Of a DNA stretch of 64,000 nucleotides, positions 1-11,482 are shown piece after piece (within the stretch, counting starts at the first letter, position 1; every line of letters starts with the position of its first letter). Origin of the DNA: Octopus sinensis (taxonomy: Eukaryota); contig NC_043003.1 in assembly GCF_006345805.1 (NCBI RefSeq), positions 92,380,001 to 92,444,000 on the forward strand, written 5' to 3'. The notes beneath the pieces were generated by a model, which made no database searches, had not been told where the DNA came from, and saw only the letters and a program-made list of their open reading frames with translations. Made by a program: the position numbers and the translations under genes.

Positions 1-864
1 TATTTCCATTCTTGAAGTATTTATATTCATTAATTAGGAAAGCAGACTATTCCTAGATTCTCAAGCTCCAACTGTTTACTTTTAATTGCCAGGAATGTGT
101 TTATTATGTAAAATTGGTAAATCCAATTATGTTACACCGCTATATTTAGTGACTATTTAAGCAATGTGTTTGTGGATGATTAATAGGTTGGCTGTGGTAC
201 TGAAGAAGGAGCAAGAACTCTTGAAATATGCATATATACCTACTACACCTACTATCTATTTTTCTTCAATCGCATTGGTTACACAGGTATATTTACCTAT
301 GAAACGTTGTAACAAATCAGTGCTGGCTCTAATCCCTATGGAATATCTGCAGAGGTAACTTTAAAAAAAACTGTTTACTTTATATGAATATATATTAGTC
401 CTTTGTATTTGTCAGTGGGTTTGGACAAATATGAACAGTTCTGAATTCACATAAACACCTAATTGGATTTATTTTTTTATCTTTTATCTTTTACTTGTTT
501 CAGTCAGACTGCAGCCATACTGGAGCACTGCCACAAAGAATTTTTAATCAAATGTAGCACACCGCAGTAATTGTTTTTTAAAACCTGGTACTTATTCTAT
601 CAATCTTTTTTGCCAAACTGCTGAGTTACAGGGACATAAATACACCAGCACTGGTTGTAAAGTGGTGGTGGGAGACAAACACACACACTATATATATATA
701 TATAATTGCAGCGTGGAAGGTTTTTATAAGCCATTTAAGAAAGACACAAAATCCATTAGATTCACTTCAACATTTAAATTTAATTTGTCAAAATATTTTC
801 ATCACTTTGAGACTGCGACCTGTTCACTGACAATATTCCATGTTGCATTCTGAGATGCAGCACG

Positions 865-990
865 GAATTTTGTCAATAAAGCCAAGAGAAAAAGATGTTT
901 TATAAACACATTTTACCAGTATACGAAGTTTAAAATTTTTTAGTTACCTAGAAATTATGTTAAAAACTGCCGTTCAAACTGAAAAGATCC
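865..990 (-). mobile_element. TTAGGG-bearing MITE family, terminal fragment
   Basis: aaaactgccgttcaaactgaaaagatcc TIR plus adjacent family sequence. Confidence 0.8.
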
Positions 991-2130
991 GAACAATGTT
1001 ATACACACATTTAGATAAATCCCATTTGACTGATAACCTCACCTTCACTCACAGGTGCGGTGTTTCTCCCAATCTTTTCTCTCTACTTATTTTAATACTA
1101 CTATAAGAACCCCTGCACGTCTGAACAAGTAACTGAATATTTTCTCCATTCAGACCCACCAAATTTATCTGACACTCTTTTCGTCACTCACTTTTGTGTC
1201 TCACTTTCCTGATTCCACACTTAAGCCCTTTGCTTAATATCTTCACTGGAAATCTTTAGTTTGGAAAAAGTAGGGTAGTGACTGTAAAAAGGAGGGGGCA
1301 GATGCATCTAATAGATTATTAAAATTTGATTCTGTAAAAGACATTCAAAGATTGGTATGAAAACAATATAGATTTCTTTTGGCTGGTCTCAAAGTTAATC
1401 TTTGCAGAGGAGGGATGTTTTTCATTGAATTGTATAGTGTATTACTGGTATTTTTTAAGGATGACTCAGTGATAATGACAATTGAAGTCAAATTGAATAT
1501 CACTAGTACTTATTTTATCCAGTTACTGCCATGACTTACTAAAAATAACAACAAAAAAAGTAAAGAAAATAACAAGAAAGTAAAGAAAGTCTAGACAGGA
1601 TTTGAAACAGGATATATAACCAGACTGAAGGCAACTGTAAGCCAATAGTTGTCAAAATGTGTGCCACAGTACGTAGGCGGTAGAGCAATGGATATCAAGG
1701 TGCCTTAGAGATTTTTTTAAAAATATAATTTAAAACTTAAAAAAAAATTCCTTATGAACCTTGGGGGGTGTGCTCTGACACCTTATCACTATTATTATTT
1801 CTCTTTCCAGCTTCAACCCTATTACTCCTACTCACCCTTATATAATGCAAGGTACCCATGTATCGCCTGTGCAACAAGAAACCAGTACTTGATCCTCTAT
1901 TAAATATGTACCATAATACTACCTCTCTCTCGCTCTCTCTCTCTCTCTATATATATATACATCTCCACTCAGTTGAGGAAGCATTTTAATCTTGAGAATA
2001 ACATGGTGACCTCACTATTGGTGGTGCCATAAAAAAGAACCCCTATTGATGATTTAGAAAATTCATACTGGTGATACTTAAAGATCTTGACAAATTTAAT
2101 ACAGTTCTATATTTAAGAGATGAGGAATTA

Positions 2131-2382
2131 TGTACATTATTTACAATTGATGGACATTTGTCCCCATCTTGTTTGTTGTTAACACAATGGTTTGGCTGAT
2201 ATACCCTCCAGCCTTCATCAGGTGTATTGGGGAAATTTCAAACCTGGGTTCTCATTCCTAAGGTTTTGTTGTTATTGTTGTTGGTGTTATTGTTATTATT
2301 ATTCAGGTCACTGCCTGGAATCAAACTTGGAATCTTGGGGTTAGTAGCCCGCGCTCTTAACCACTATGAAATATGCCCGTGG
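2131..2382 (-). repeat. 3' terminal repeat (pLTR-like) of the PLE: tRNA-like head + hammerhead-like core
   Basis: Inverted copy of 3753-3993; minus strand reads ACAC-CTGATGA-A-GGCTG...CAGCC-AAACC-ATT-GTGT. Confidence 0.8.
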
Positions 2383-2429
2383 ACAATTATGGGGTGAATT
2401 TTAGGGCTTATAAATCTAATATTTTCCTA

Positions 2430-3712
2430 TCCTTCCTTAATACCGGTACCCCATATGCTGTTCATATCTGCACACGGTCTGCTTAGGAGGTTGTTGTGTC
2501 CTAGCATATGTGCTACTTTTTTAGTTTTTGTATTTTCCAGTGGTGTTCTCTGTCTATTATTTTAACTTCATCCCACGGGGGGAAGTGGTCTCCATTTTTC
2601 CATACGTGATCAGCTATACCCAATTTATCAATATCTCCCCATGTCACAGCTTTGCGATGCTCCTCTACCCTTATTTTGAAGGGGTGGCATCTTTTGCCTT
2701 TGTATAACCTACCACAATTACATGGGATGGAGTACATGCAGTTCATAGTCATATTCTCTTCTATTGGTGGTTTTACTGGAAAGAGATATTTGCGAAGTGT
2801 CGTATTACTCTTGAATACTGTCCTGATGTCATATGGGCCGCATATCTTTTGTATCTTTTCGGAGAGGCCTTTCAGATAGGGTAGACAGATTGTGGACAGT
2901 TTATCGGTTTCATCCTCTCTACATAATTGGAGTGGAGAGTATGTTTTTGGGGTAGTTGTTGCTTAATAGATTGTTACTGAGCTTGATCATTTCTTTGGGG
3001 TGGGTATCACGATCGCTACTTATATTCATTGCTCGATGTTTTAGGAACTGAGCAATCCTTCTTTTTACACTGTATGGATGGTGGGAGTTGAAGTTGAGGT
3101 ATCATCCAGTGAAGGTCAGCTTGCAGTATACGGATCTCCTGAATCCATACTTGGTGCATGTTATTAATACGTCCAGGAAAGCTAGCTGATTGTCTTTTTC
3201 CTTTTCCATTGTGAACTGCATGGGTGGCTTTATTGAGTTCACATGATTTAACAGCACTTGGACATCTTCCTGGTGGGACCAGAGAATGAAGGTGTCATCA
3301 ACATATTGCAGCCATCGGGTTGGTTTTAGTGGTGTTGACCTTAAAGCCAAATTCTCAATGTATATTTTGGCTATTATCGGTGATAATGGTGAACCCATAG
3401 CTAAACCCTCTTCCTGTCGATATATATCAGTGTCCATACTGAAGTAGGTACTTTCTACACAAAGTCAACATTTCCATCAAGTTACTTATTGGTATACTAG
3501 TGCTTTCTTTTAGATGGGTGTCTGTCACTAGTTTTCCTTGAATAACCGATAGTGCTTCACCAGTTGGGACTTTGGTGAACAGACTTATCACATCTAGACT
3601 CACAATCTGGTTGGATTCAATGGGGGTATCCTTGATCAATTCTGTGAAGTAGGTGGAATTCTTCACGTATGATGTTGACTTTCCTGCTAATGGACTGATT
3701 ATATCCACAAGG
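2430..3712 (-). mobile_element. Penelope-like retroelement (Penelope/Poseidon type), decayed RT + C-terminal GIY-YIG ORF, 5'-truncated
   Basis: Frameshifted ORF pieces contain PLE RT motifs SLDVISLFTKVP, GLAMGSPLSP, YVDDTF, FLDVLI, followed by a GIY-YIG-like segment CMYSIPCNCGRLYKG...RVEEH; no Cys-rich linker as in Neptune. Confidence 0.9.
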
Positions 3713-3752
3713 AAGTGGCTCAGTGGATGTCATGCTGAACCTCTACAACTGC

Positions 3753-3993
3753 CCACGGGCATATGGCATAGTGGTTAAGAGTGCGGACTACTAACCCCAA
3801 GATTCTGAGTTCGATTTCAGGCAGTGACCTGAATAATAATAATAATAACAACAACAACATCGAAAAAATACCTTAGGAATGAGAACCCAGGTTCAAAATT
3901 TCCCCAAGACACCTGATGAAGGCTGAAGGGTGTATCAGCCAAAATGTTGTGTTAACAACAAACAAGCTGTCAATAGTAAATAATGTAAATAAT
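3753..3993 (+). repeat. Inverted 5' terminal repeat of the PLE: tRNA-like head + hammerhead-like core
   Basis: A-box-like TGGCATAGTGG (3764-3774), B-box-like GTTCGATTTC (3809-3818), CTGATGA at 3913-3919, stem GGCTG/CAGCC; aligns over about 240 bp with the reverse complement of 2131-2382. Confidence 0.8.
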
Positions 3994-4477
3994 GTGCTTG
4001 AAAAATTGCAATGGTTTTCTATATTTTTTTTTAACACTTTCAATGCAGAAGATGTCAGTAATTTTAAACTTTCTGTGCAGTGTGTACCAGTAATACTTTG
4101 TTTGATCTCTAGTGTTTGATCACAAAGTCAGATAAAGTAGCAACCAATGCTGTGAGCTTTTAGTAGGATGTTCTAATATTTCTGACAGCTTTTTGCTCTT
4201 AGAACTGAGATGATATAAAATATAAAAAAGAAAAACTAAATTTTGAGAAGAAATGGTTTATAAATAGCAATTTGATAAAATTAACAAAATAATGATGATT
4301 TCTTAAAATAAAAATTAAACTAAAAATAAAAATTTAAATGTTTAAAAGGTGATTCATGGTTTCACTATATAGTAAAGATTAAGTCTGAGATTTTGTTATT
4401 TTGTTAATGAAAATATTTCATCATCATCATTTAACACCCACGTTCCATACTGGGATGGGTTGAACATAGCTAGCTTT

Positions 4478-4684
4478 TATTTTTTACTTGTTTCAGTTAT
4501 TGGACTGCAGCCATGCTGGAGCACTGCCTTCATGGGTTTTAGTCAAAGAGATTGGCTTATTTTTTAAAGCCTAATACCTATTCTGTCAATCTATTTTGCC
4601 AAATCACTAAGTTACAGGGATGTAAACACCCCAGCACTAGTTATCGAGCAGTGGTGGGGGACAAGCACTGACACACACACACAC

Positions 4685-4715
<31 letters not shown>

Positions 4716-5093
4716 GTTAATCCAAACATGAACAAAGAGAAAACACAACAACGCAAGGACGTGGAACAAGTATAGTGTTATTGGACACTCAGGAAAGGAA
4801 AGAAAGGAGGATTTAATGTTTCGAGTGGAGCTCTTCATCAGAAACATAGAAAAAAGAAAGGTCCAAGGAAGGGAAGACGGAGAAAGAAAATCGCCAACGA
4901 TACATACGCAATATATATGTATATATATAGACAATGGGTTTCTTTTGGTTTCCATCTAACAAATCCACCCACAAGAGTTTGGTTGGCCTGAGGCTGTGGT
5001 AGAAAACAATTACCCAAGGTGCCACGCAGTGGGACTGAACTCAGAATCATGTGGTTGGGAAGCAAGCTTCTTATCTGAAAGCCACGCCTGCAT
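4478..5093 (-). mobile_element. SINE family A, CpG-decayed, interrupted by a PLE-like fragment
   Basis: Family match with many CG>TG/CA changes. Other partial or decayed copies at about 480-705, 10134-10362, 19608-19978, 20655-20975, 27935-28110, 30187-30540, 33640-33760, 39796-39985, 53885-54017, 55219-55568. Confidence 0.85.
4713..4912 (-). mobile_element. Short PLE-terminus-like fragment with hammerhead core, nested in the microsatellite of a SINE
   Basis: Minus strand GTTT-CTGATGA-A-GAG-CTCCA-CTC-GAAAC-ATT-AAAT at 4811-4845; flanked by CATA/TA repeats inside the SINE at 4478-5093. Confidence 0.6.
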
Positions 5094-7889
5094 CTGTATT
5101 TATGTTTGTCATTTTTGAAAAATTTTGTATGTAAATAACTGAATAACTTAAGGCAATATTTATAATCCCTTTAAGGCTCACTAATCAGATGACAAATCAA
5201 AGAAATTAATCCGATTAATCTTATTATAATCTAGCAGTCCCTCTGCTTCACATCACACAATACTCCCCATCAAAATGGAACGTTAGTAAAGGAGACAAAT
5301 CTAGTTGTTAGATTAGTTAGCTGCCAGTGTAGTAGTAGCTACATGAGTATATTCTTTCTCCTGGAAAAGGAATGGTAAAAACTTTCTTAAAGACCGTTAG
5401 GGAGTTATTTTACTAGAGTAAGCATGTTTTGGTGTTCATGTTTCACAAGGCAAAAAATGTGACAGTTCAGTGTAAAAGTATCTAATGATTTGGTTGAATC
5501 AAACAACTGCAAGAGAAGTTTCAAATAGGCAGAACATAAAAAAAATAATAAAAGTTATATAGAAATACCCACTTTTATATTACACACACACATACACACA
5601 TCAACATGTACACACATGCATAAATAAATAAATTTATGAAAGCCAGAAACAGCCCACTACCACCACACCATAAAAAAAAATTAATAAAAAAAGATATGCT
5701 TTTCTTACAAAAACGAGTAGTAAAGAAAAAATATTGCAAATGTTAAAGTTTCTAAGTGGGGGTAGTTGCTATAAGAAGCAGTGTATAACAGTTGGTGCAG
5801 AGTAAACATACATATAACACAAACACATATATACATACAAACCCATGCACACACACACACACACACACACACTGGGATTTTATTTCAGCTTTACTTCTCA
5901 GGAGATGGTAATGGAGACTTAAGCAATCTTGTCAGAAATGCACTCAATTTCTTCACTAAGCTCACTCAAAATTGTTGTTGTAATATTTTGCCCCAGAATT
6001 GTTCTTGTTCACTCGACTTATCACCAAAAGCACCCCATCGTTACCAATGCTGTTTCTTATTCATACAATGTATTTAGAACAACATGATTCAATTTGATAC
6101 AGACTTGTCTGTCTTCTTTTTCTTCTAGATGGTGGAGTGGTTTTGAGGCTGTTATTTCTAGTAAGTAAAACAGCTACATACAGTATCCATCATTGGATTG
6201 CGTAGAAGTAGAGTTAAAACTCCAACAAAATTTGAATAAAAAAAATTTAGAGGGAAGTCTGAATCTTCAGTGGTGATATTTCATCTGCTACATATACTAT
6301 CGTGAGAGACAGTGAAGTCATGTGGCCTAATGATTAGGCAACCACACACATGGTTGCAAGATAGTGGTTTCAATTCCTGGAGCAGGCAGTGCATTGTGTT
6401 CTTGAGCAAAACACCTTATTTCATATTGCCCCAGTTCACTTAGCTGAAAATGACTGACTCTGCAACAGACAGGTATAGCGATATCCTCACTGTTTGAATG
6501 ATCTCATTTATATTACATCCATCTTTGGCTAGTTTGACCCTGTTGTATCCACTGATCTGATTGGTTGGCAGCTGGCGCAGTCTGTCTCTTGACTTATTTC
6601 GCGCCAGAGTGTACAGCTCAATATTGCTACACAGGCATCTCTTTCAGGAGTGAATGTTATGACTGATCTTAGCCACTTATTCACCATGGAAACCAGGTAA
6701 CCAGCACCAAGAATCTTAGGACTTGAAAGTGTAATGTTCATGATGGAGAAGTATCAAGGCAGCTGGTCACCTAAAGCAAGACTGAAGTAATGATATTTGG
6801 AATTCTTTTTACAATAACCAATCATTGGTATAAAATGTGATGCTACTGAATAGTGAGGTACTGGTGTCACAAAAAAAAAACCTATTCATATACTGTTACG
6901 TAGATGGCAGTAGGAAGGGTAACCAACCATAGAAACTATGCCAAAGCTGACACTGGAGCCAATTCTGTCAAACCATCCAAACTATCTACCTACCACACAA
7001 GAATAGGTGGATGCTAAAAGATGGTGATCTTGGAGAGAAATGAGTCATATTATTATATGTAAAACACTATCTAGATAAAAGGGCAAGCGAACTGAAAGGT
7101 GAGGGTGAATATAAAAGATATTAGATGATATACACAGAGATGGATAAGTATTGGTACAAAGAAGTTAAATGAACAGACAATGAGTGCTAAGTGAAAGAAA
7201 GCCATAGTGTATCCATAGTGGAAGATGTAAACTAAGGGAAACAAGGGAAGAAGTGATATGGTTAGATTTCATGATACAGGACCTTACAGTAGAGATATTG
7301 GCTTCAGGTTTTGGCACAAGGCCAGAAGTTCAGGGGTGGGAATGGTATAAGTTAATTATGTAGATCCCAGTGCTCAACTGGTACATATTTTATCAACCCC
7401 AAAAGGTTGACAGGCAAAGTTGATCTCAGTAGAATTTGAACACAGAATGTAAAGATGGACAAAATATCGCTAAGGATTTTGTCCTGCATACTGACAATTC
7501 TGCAGCGTGCTGCCTTGCTTATGGTAAAGATACTGAAATCTGAATATGGTTGGTGATATGATGTATGGAAGACTGTTTTAACTAATGACTCCATGGAGAA
7601 ACAGATCTAAAAAATAAGAGGAGATAAAGAGACTAGAGAAGGTTGTAACTAAATAATGAACAGAACTATAGTGCTACTTATCACATGATGGCTAACTCTA
7701 GGAGTATATTTGTGCTATCATGGGTAATATCAGAAAATGGCATACATGCACTATGAATAATTATAGTTTAACTTTTATCAAATTTCTAATGATTCTGCCA
7801 GCTCTGCTTAAGATGATAATGAGAATCATAATATAAACACCATTAAACAAATAATAAAGTAATGAATTCTCTCTTAATAGACTTTGCTG

Positions 7890-8260
7890 TAACTTGAGGA
7901 TATTTTCCCCTTGGTCTCATCTACTGACCACAGTTGGTGTTATGATTACTTGAACAAGTTACTATACATAGCTTTGATCCTCTGCCTATAGTACCTTCTT
8001 CAATAAACTCCAATAAACATGTGATGTTATGTATTCAACACTGGCTTATCAACTTTCACTAATAGTCTTTATCAGTAGAAAGGTCATCAATTTCTTTAAA
8101 TCTAATACTGCATCTGGTCAGAACATCATTAACTTATGAAATGTTGTCTTTCACAAAGTACCTCCAATATGAAAAGGTTCTGCAGTCCTTATTTTTGTAA
8201 TTCAAAATAGAGGCCAGTGGCATATTTTGTCTTTCCAAAATATGTACCATGTCAAAGCAT
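7890..8260 (-). mobile_element. Highly decayed LINE RT remnant
   Basis: Minus-strand pieces such as RIKAMYSNL and GLQNLFILEVL resemble non-LTR RT segments; many stops. Confidence 0.3.
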
Positions 8261-9249
8261 GTCAAACTTTGTGAATACAAAATACTATCAGCTGAGTAAG
8301 TCTGTGTGGAGCTTCCTAAACACAGTATGTTGCCCTAAGATTTAGGCTATCATCATTAAGATGACATGCAACAATATAAATAAAAAGATTCCATATGTGA
8401 TCACACAACTTCCAATTCCATGGGTGGGTGAGGGACATCAAGAAATCAGAGCTATACCACTGTGTTTATAATATAGTAAAAAAACAGCAGAAATTTGACA
8501 AACTGAACAGAGCTAAAGTGCCTCTCCCCTATCAACAAAGAGAGAGAGAGAGAGAGAGAGCGAGAGTGGTGTCAAACATGTTAATAAAATATTGCACAAT
8601 ATCTAGGTTAAATAGAGAAACTAGACTTAAAGACAGCCGAGAAATTTAGTTGTAAGAAAAATAAGCACACAGACAGACACAATTATACCAACAACAATCA
8701 CAGCCACAAGAGCCAAGATTAAAAGTTATCTCTGCTCAGTTGATTGATAGCTCCAGTAGAAAGAGGTCAAACAACAAGAATGTTTTCCTACGGAGAGAGA
8801 GAGAAAGGAAGAAAGTTGTGGAGAAAAGATTATATAATACGACAAGATACCACCATCATAAGAATAGGAGTAACAGTAAGGAGAGACAGACAGACAGACA
8901 GCAGAGTAGATATAAAATGGCAGAGAAGCAAAGTAAGAGAGACTCAGCTTAAACCATGCAGTCAACATTGGACAGTTTACTGACCAGCACTAACAGTAGT
9001 ATACATATGAACGCTAGTTTATTAATGTCAGGTCACGCATTTGATGGAAGAGAATGGCTAATCATATCAACCCCTGCATTTCACCAAAGGCAAAGTTAAA
9101 GCTGGTGGGATTTGAACTGAGTATGTAAAAGAAACTAACTGAATACAGTAAAGCCTTTTGTCAGCCACGCTACTCTTTCAGTTTGTGTGCTTTCTGATAA
9201 TAGCAATGTAGTTGAGAGATCTTCAACCTCTAGTAGGGTGTGGAGGTCT

Positions 9250-9792
9250 CCATCATCATCATCATCATCGTTTAACGTCCGCTTTCCATGCTAGCATGGG
9301 TTGGACGATTTTGACTGAGGGCTGGTGAACCAGATGGTTGCACCAGGCTCCAATCTTGATTTGGCAGAGTTTCTACAGCTGGATACCCTTCCTAACACCA
9401 ACCACTCCAAGAGTGTAGTGGGTGCTTTTTACATGCCACCGGCACGGGGGCCAGTCAGGCAGTACTGGCAACGACCTTGCTCGAATCCTTTTACACATGC
9501 AACCAGCACAGGTGCCAGTAAGGTGACTTTGATAAAGATCACGCTCGAATGGTGCCCTTTTATGTGCCACTGGCATGGAAGCCAGTTGGCTGCTCTGGCA
9601 ACGATCACACTTGGATGGTGCTCTTGACACCCTACTAGCACGGGCACAAGTGTCAGTAAGGCGACACTGGTAACAATCACGCTTGAATGGTGCTCTTTAA
9701 ATGCCACTGGCACGGAAGCCGGTTAGCCGCTCTGTCAATGATCACACTCGTATGGTGCTCTTTGCACCCTGCCAGCACGGACGCCAGTCATC
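9250..9792 (-). mobile_element. RTE-tailed non-autonomous element with internal 64-72 bp tandem modules
   Basis: 3' end ccatgctagcatggaaagcggacgttaaacgatgatgatg on the minus strand; about 5.5 related modules starting at 9433, 9497, 9564, 9629, 9701, 9766. Confidence 0.8.
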
Positions 9793-11239
9793 ATAATAAA
9801 ACATGTGACATGTTCAGCACAATAGCTGTGGCCAACAAAGCCTACTCTGCACTGAACAATAATAGTTGAGATGGATGGAATATGTCCATAAATCTCCCTT
9901 TTGGTCTTGTACTCATGCAATGAAAGGTGTTGAGCCCATACAAGATGCCTGATGTATGAATCAACAAATCAATCTTGAGGTTCCTTTTTAGTCCTGGTTT
10001 CAGCTCTATATAGAAATTGATTGAATCATAATTTGTCATAATTTTAAGCTACATTGTTTATACAGACAGAATTGTTGCAGGTCACCATGAAAGCATGTTC
10101 AAGCTTCTTGTAATGTTTGTAAACAAAAAAGACTTACTCTTTTACTTGTTTCAGTCATTTGACTGCGGCCATGCTGGAGCACTGTCTTTAGTCGAGAAAA
10201 TGGACACCAGGACTTAATCTTTGCAAGCCTAGTACTTATTCTATTGGTCTCTTTTGCCGAATCGCTAAGTTACGGGGCTGTAAACACACCAGCATCGGTT
10301 GTCAAATGATATTGGGGGGACAAACACAGACACACAAACATATACACACACATACATATATATTTTTTTTCCTGACCCTCATATTTTACAAATTAGGTCT
10401 TGTACTCTTCCTGCGTCTTGGTGATATTTTATTCTTAGTGTTCAGTCTCCGCCATAGATACACTGGAACTAACTGTAGGAGTGTAATTCAGAACAGCAAA
10501 TCTTGAAGTTCTAACTCATGTTTTGCTGTGATAATCTTCTGGTGATGGAACACTATTTTACACACAAGAACCGTCTCTAGTTTGGCTGGTAGATTATAGA
10601 TTAGTTTGAACTGTACCAAAATTCTGCACAGTCTATGTTTTCAACATGCTTTAAAAAGCCTACAAAGTCTAGTGATGTGATATAAATAAAAGTTCATGTA
10701 AATGGAACTGCACAATTTCTTTACTGCTGGCCATGGTATAGAGAACACTATCTCAGTGCTTAGTTTAGGCCTGAAGAGCAATAAATACAATATCATCACA
10801 TGATATTCAAATAAAGAGACACTGTATTATATTAAAACATATAATCAAGGAAGGCTCCAGTCAGTGCAATATATAATTGATCCTTCTTTGATTATTTGTT
10901 TCAATATAGAACGGAAAAGGTAATTGTCTATGATAGCAAAAATACACAGAAAGAGAATTTCTTTATGCACCATAAGGTTCAGAAAAAGAGGGGATGATAT
11001 GAGGACAGACAAAACAAATATGGGGGTCAGGGTATCGAATGAGACAAAACGTATGAATAAACAAACAATTAAAATATATACAATTAAATGAGAATGAGTG
11101 ATTTACAAAAAATGAAGCGGAGGACGTGGTTGACCCCACAAGCCACATACTCACACTGAAGACTTTGCTGAAGGATATCATCAAATTTAAGAGAAGTGTT
11201 ATTCTATATGGTATCATTACAGTTAAAGGAAGGGATAGT

Positions 11240-11482
11240 GACACGTAAAAAGCACCATCCGATTGTGGCCATTTGCCAGCCTTGTCTGGCACCTGTGCGG
11301 GTGGCACGTAAAAAGCACCCACTACACTCACGGAGTGGTTGGCATTAGGAAGGGCATCCAGCCGTAGAAACACTGCCATATCAGACTGGAGCCTGGTGCA
11401 GCCTCCTGGCTTCCCAGAACCCAGTCGAACCGTCCAACCCATGCTAGCATGGAAAACGGACGTTAAACGATGATGATGATGA
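11240..11482 (+). mobile_element. Same RTE-tailed family, shorter copy
   Basis: Shared core aggaagggcatccagccgtagaaac and tail ccatgctagcatggaaaacggacgttaaacgatgatgatg. Confidence 0.8.

Noticed and set aside
6129-6160. Strong-looking plus-strand micro-exon (tcttctag| ... |gtaagt)
   Set aside because: Sequence resembles a decayed copy of a short dispersed repeat (gatttggctgctatttctagcag-like) also seen at about 15080, 23620, 36230, 44720.
6533-6699. Protein-like frames with a single in-frame TGA (also about 9800-10005 minus and 40262 minus) as selenocysteine recoding
   Set aside because: No redox-type context or SECIS recognised; one stop in 50-70 codons is common by chance at this base composition.
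9433-9792. Repeat-spacer-like array as CRISPR
   Set aside because: Modules are homologous along their whole length with no unique spacers; eukaryotic context, no cas genes.
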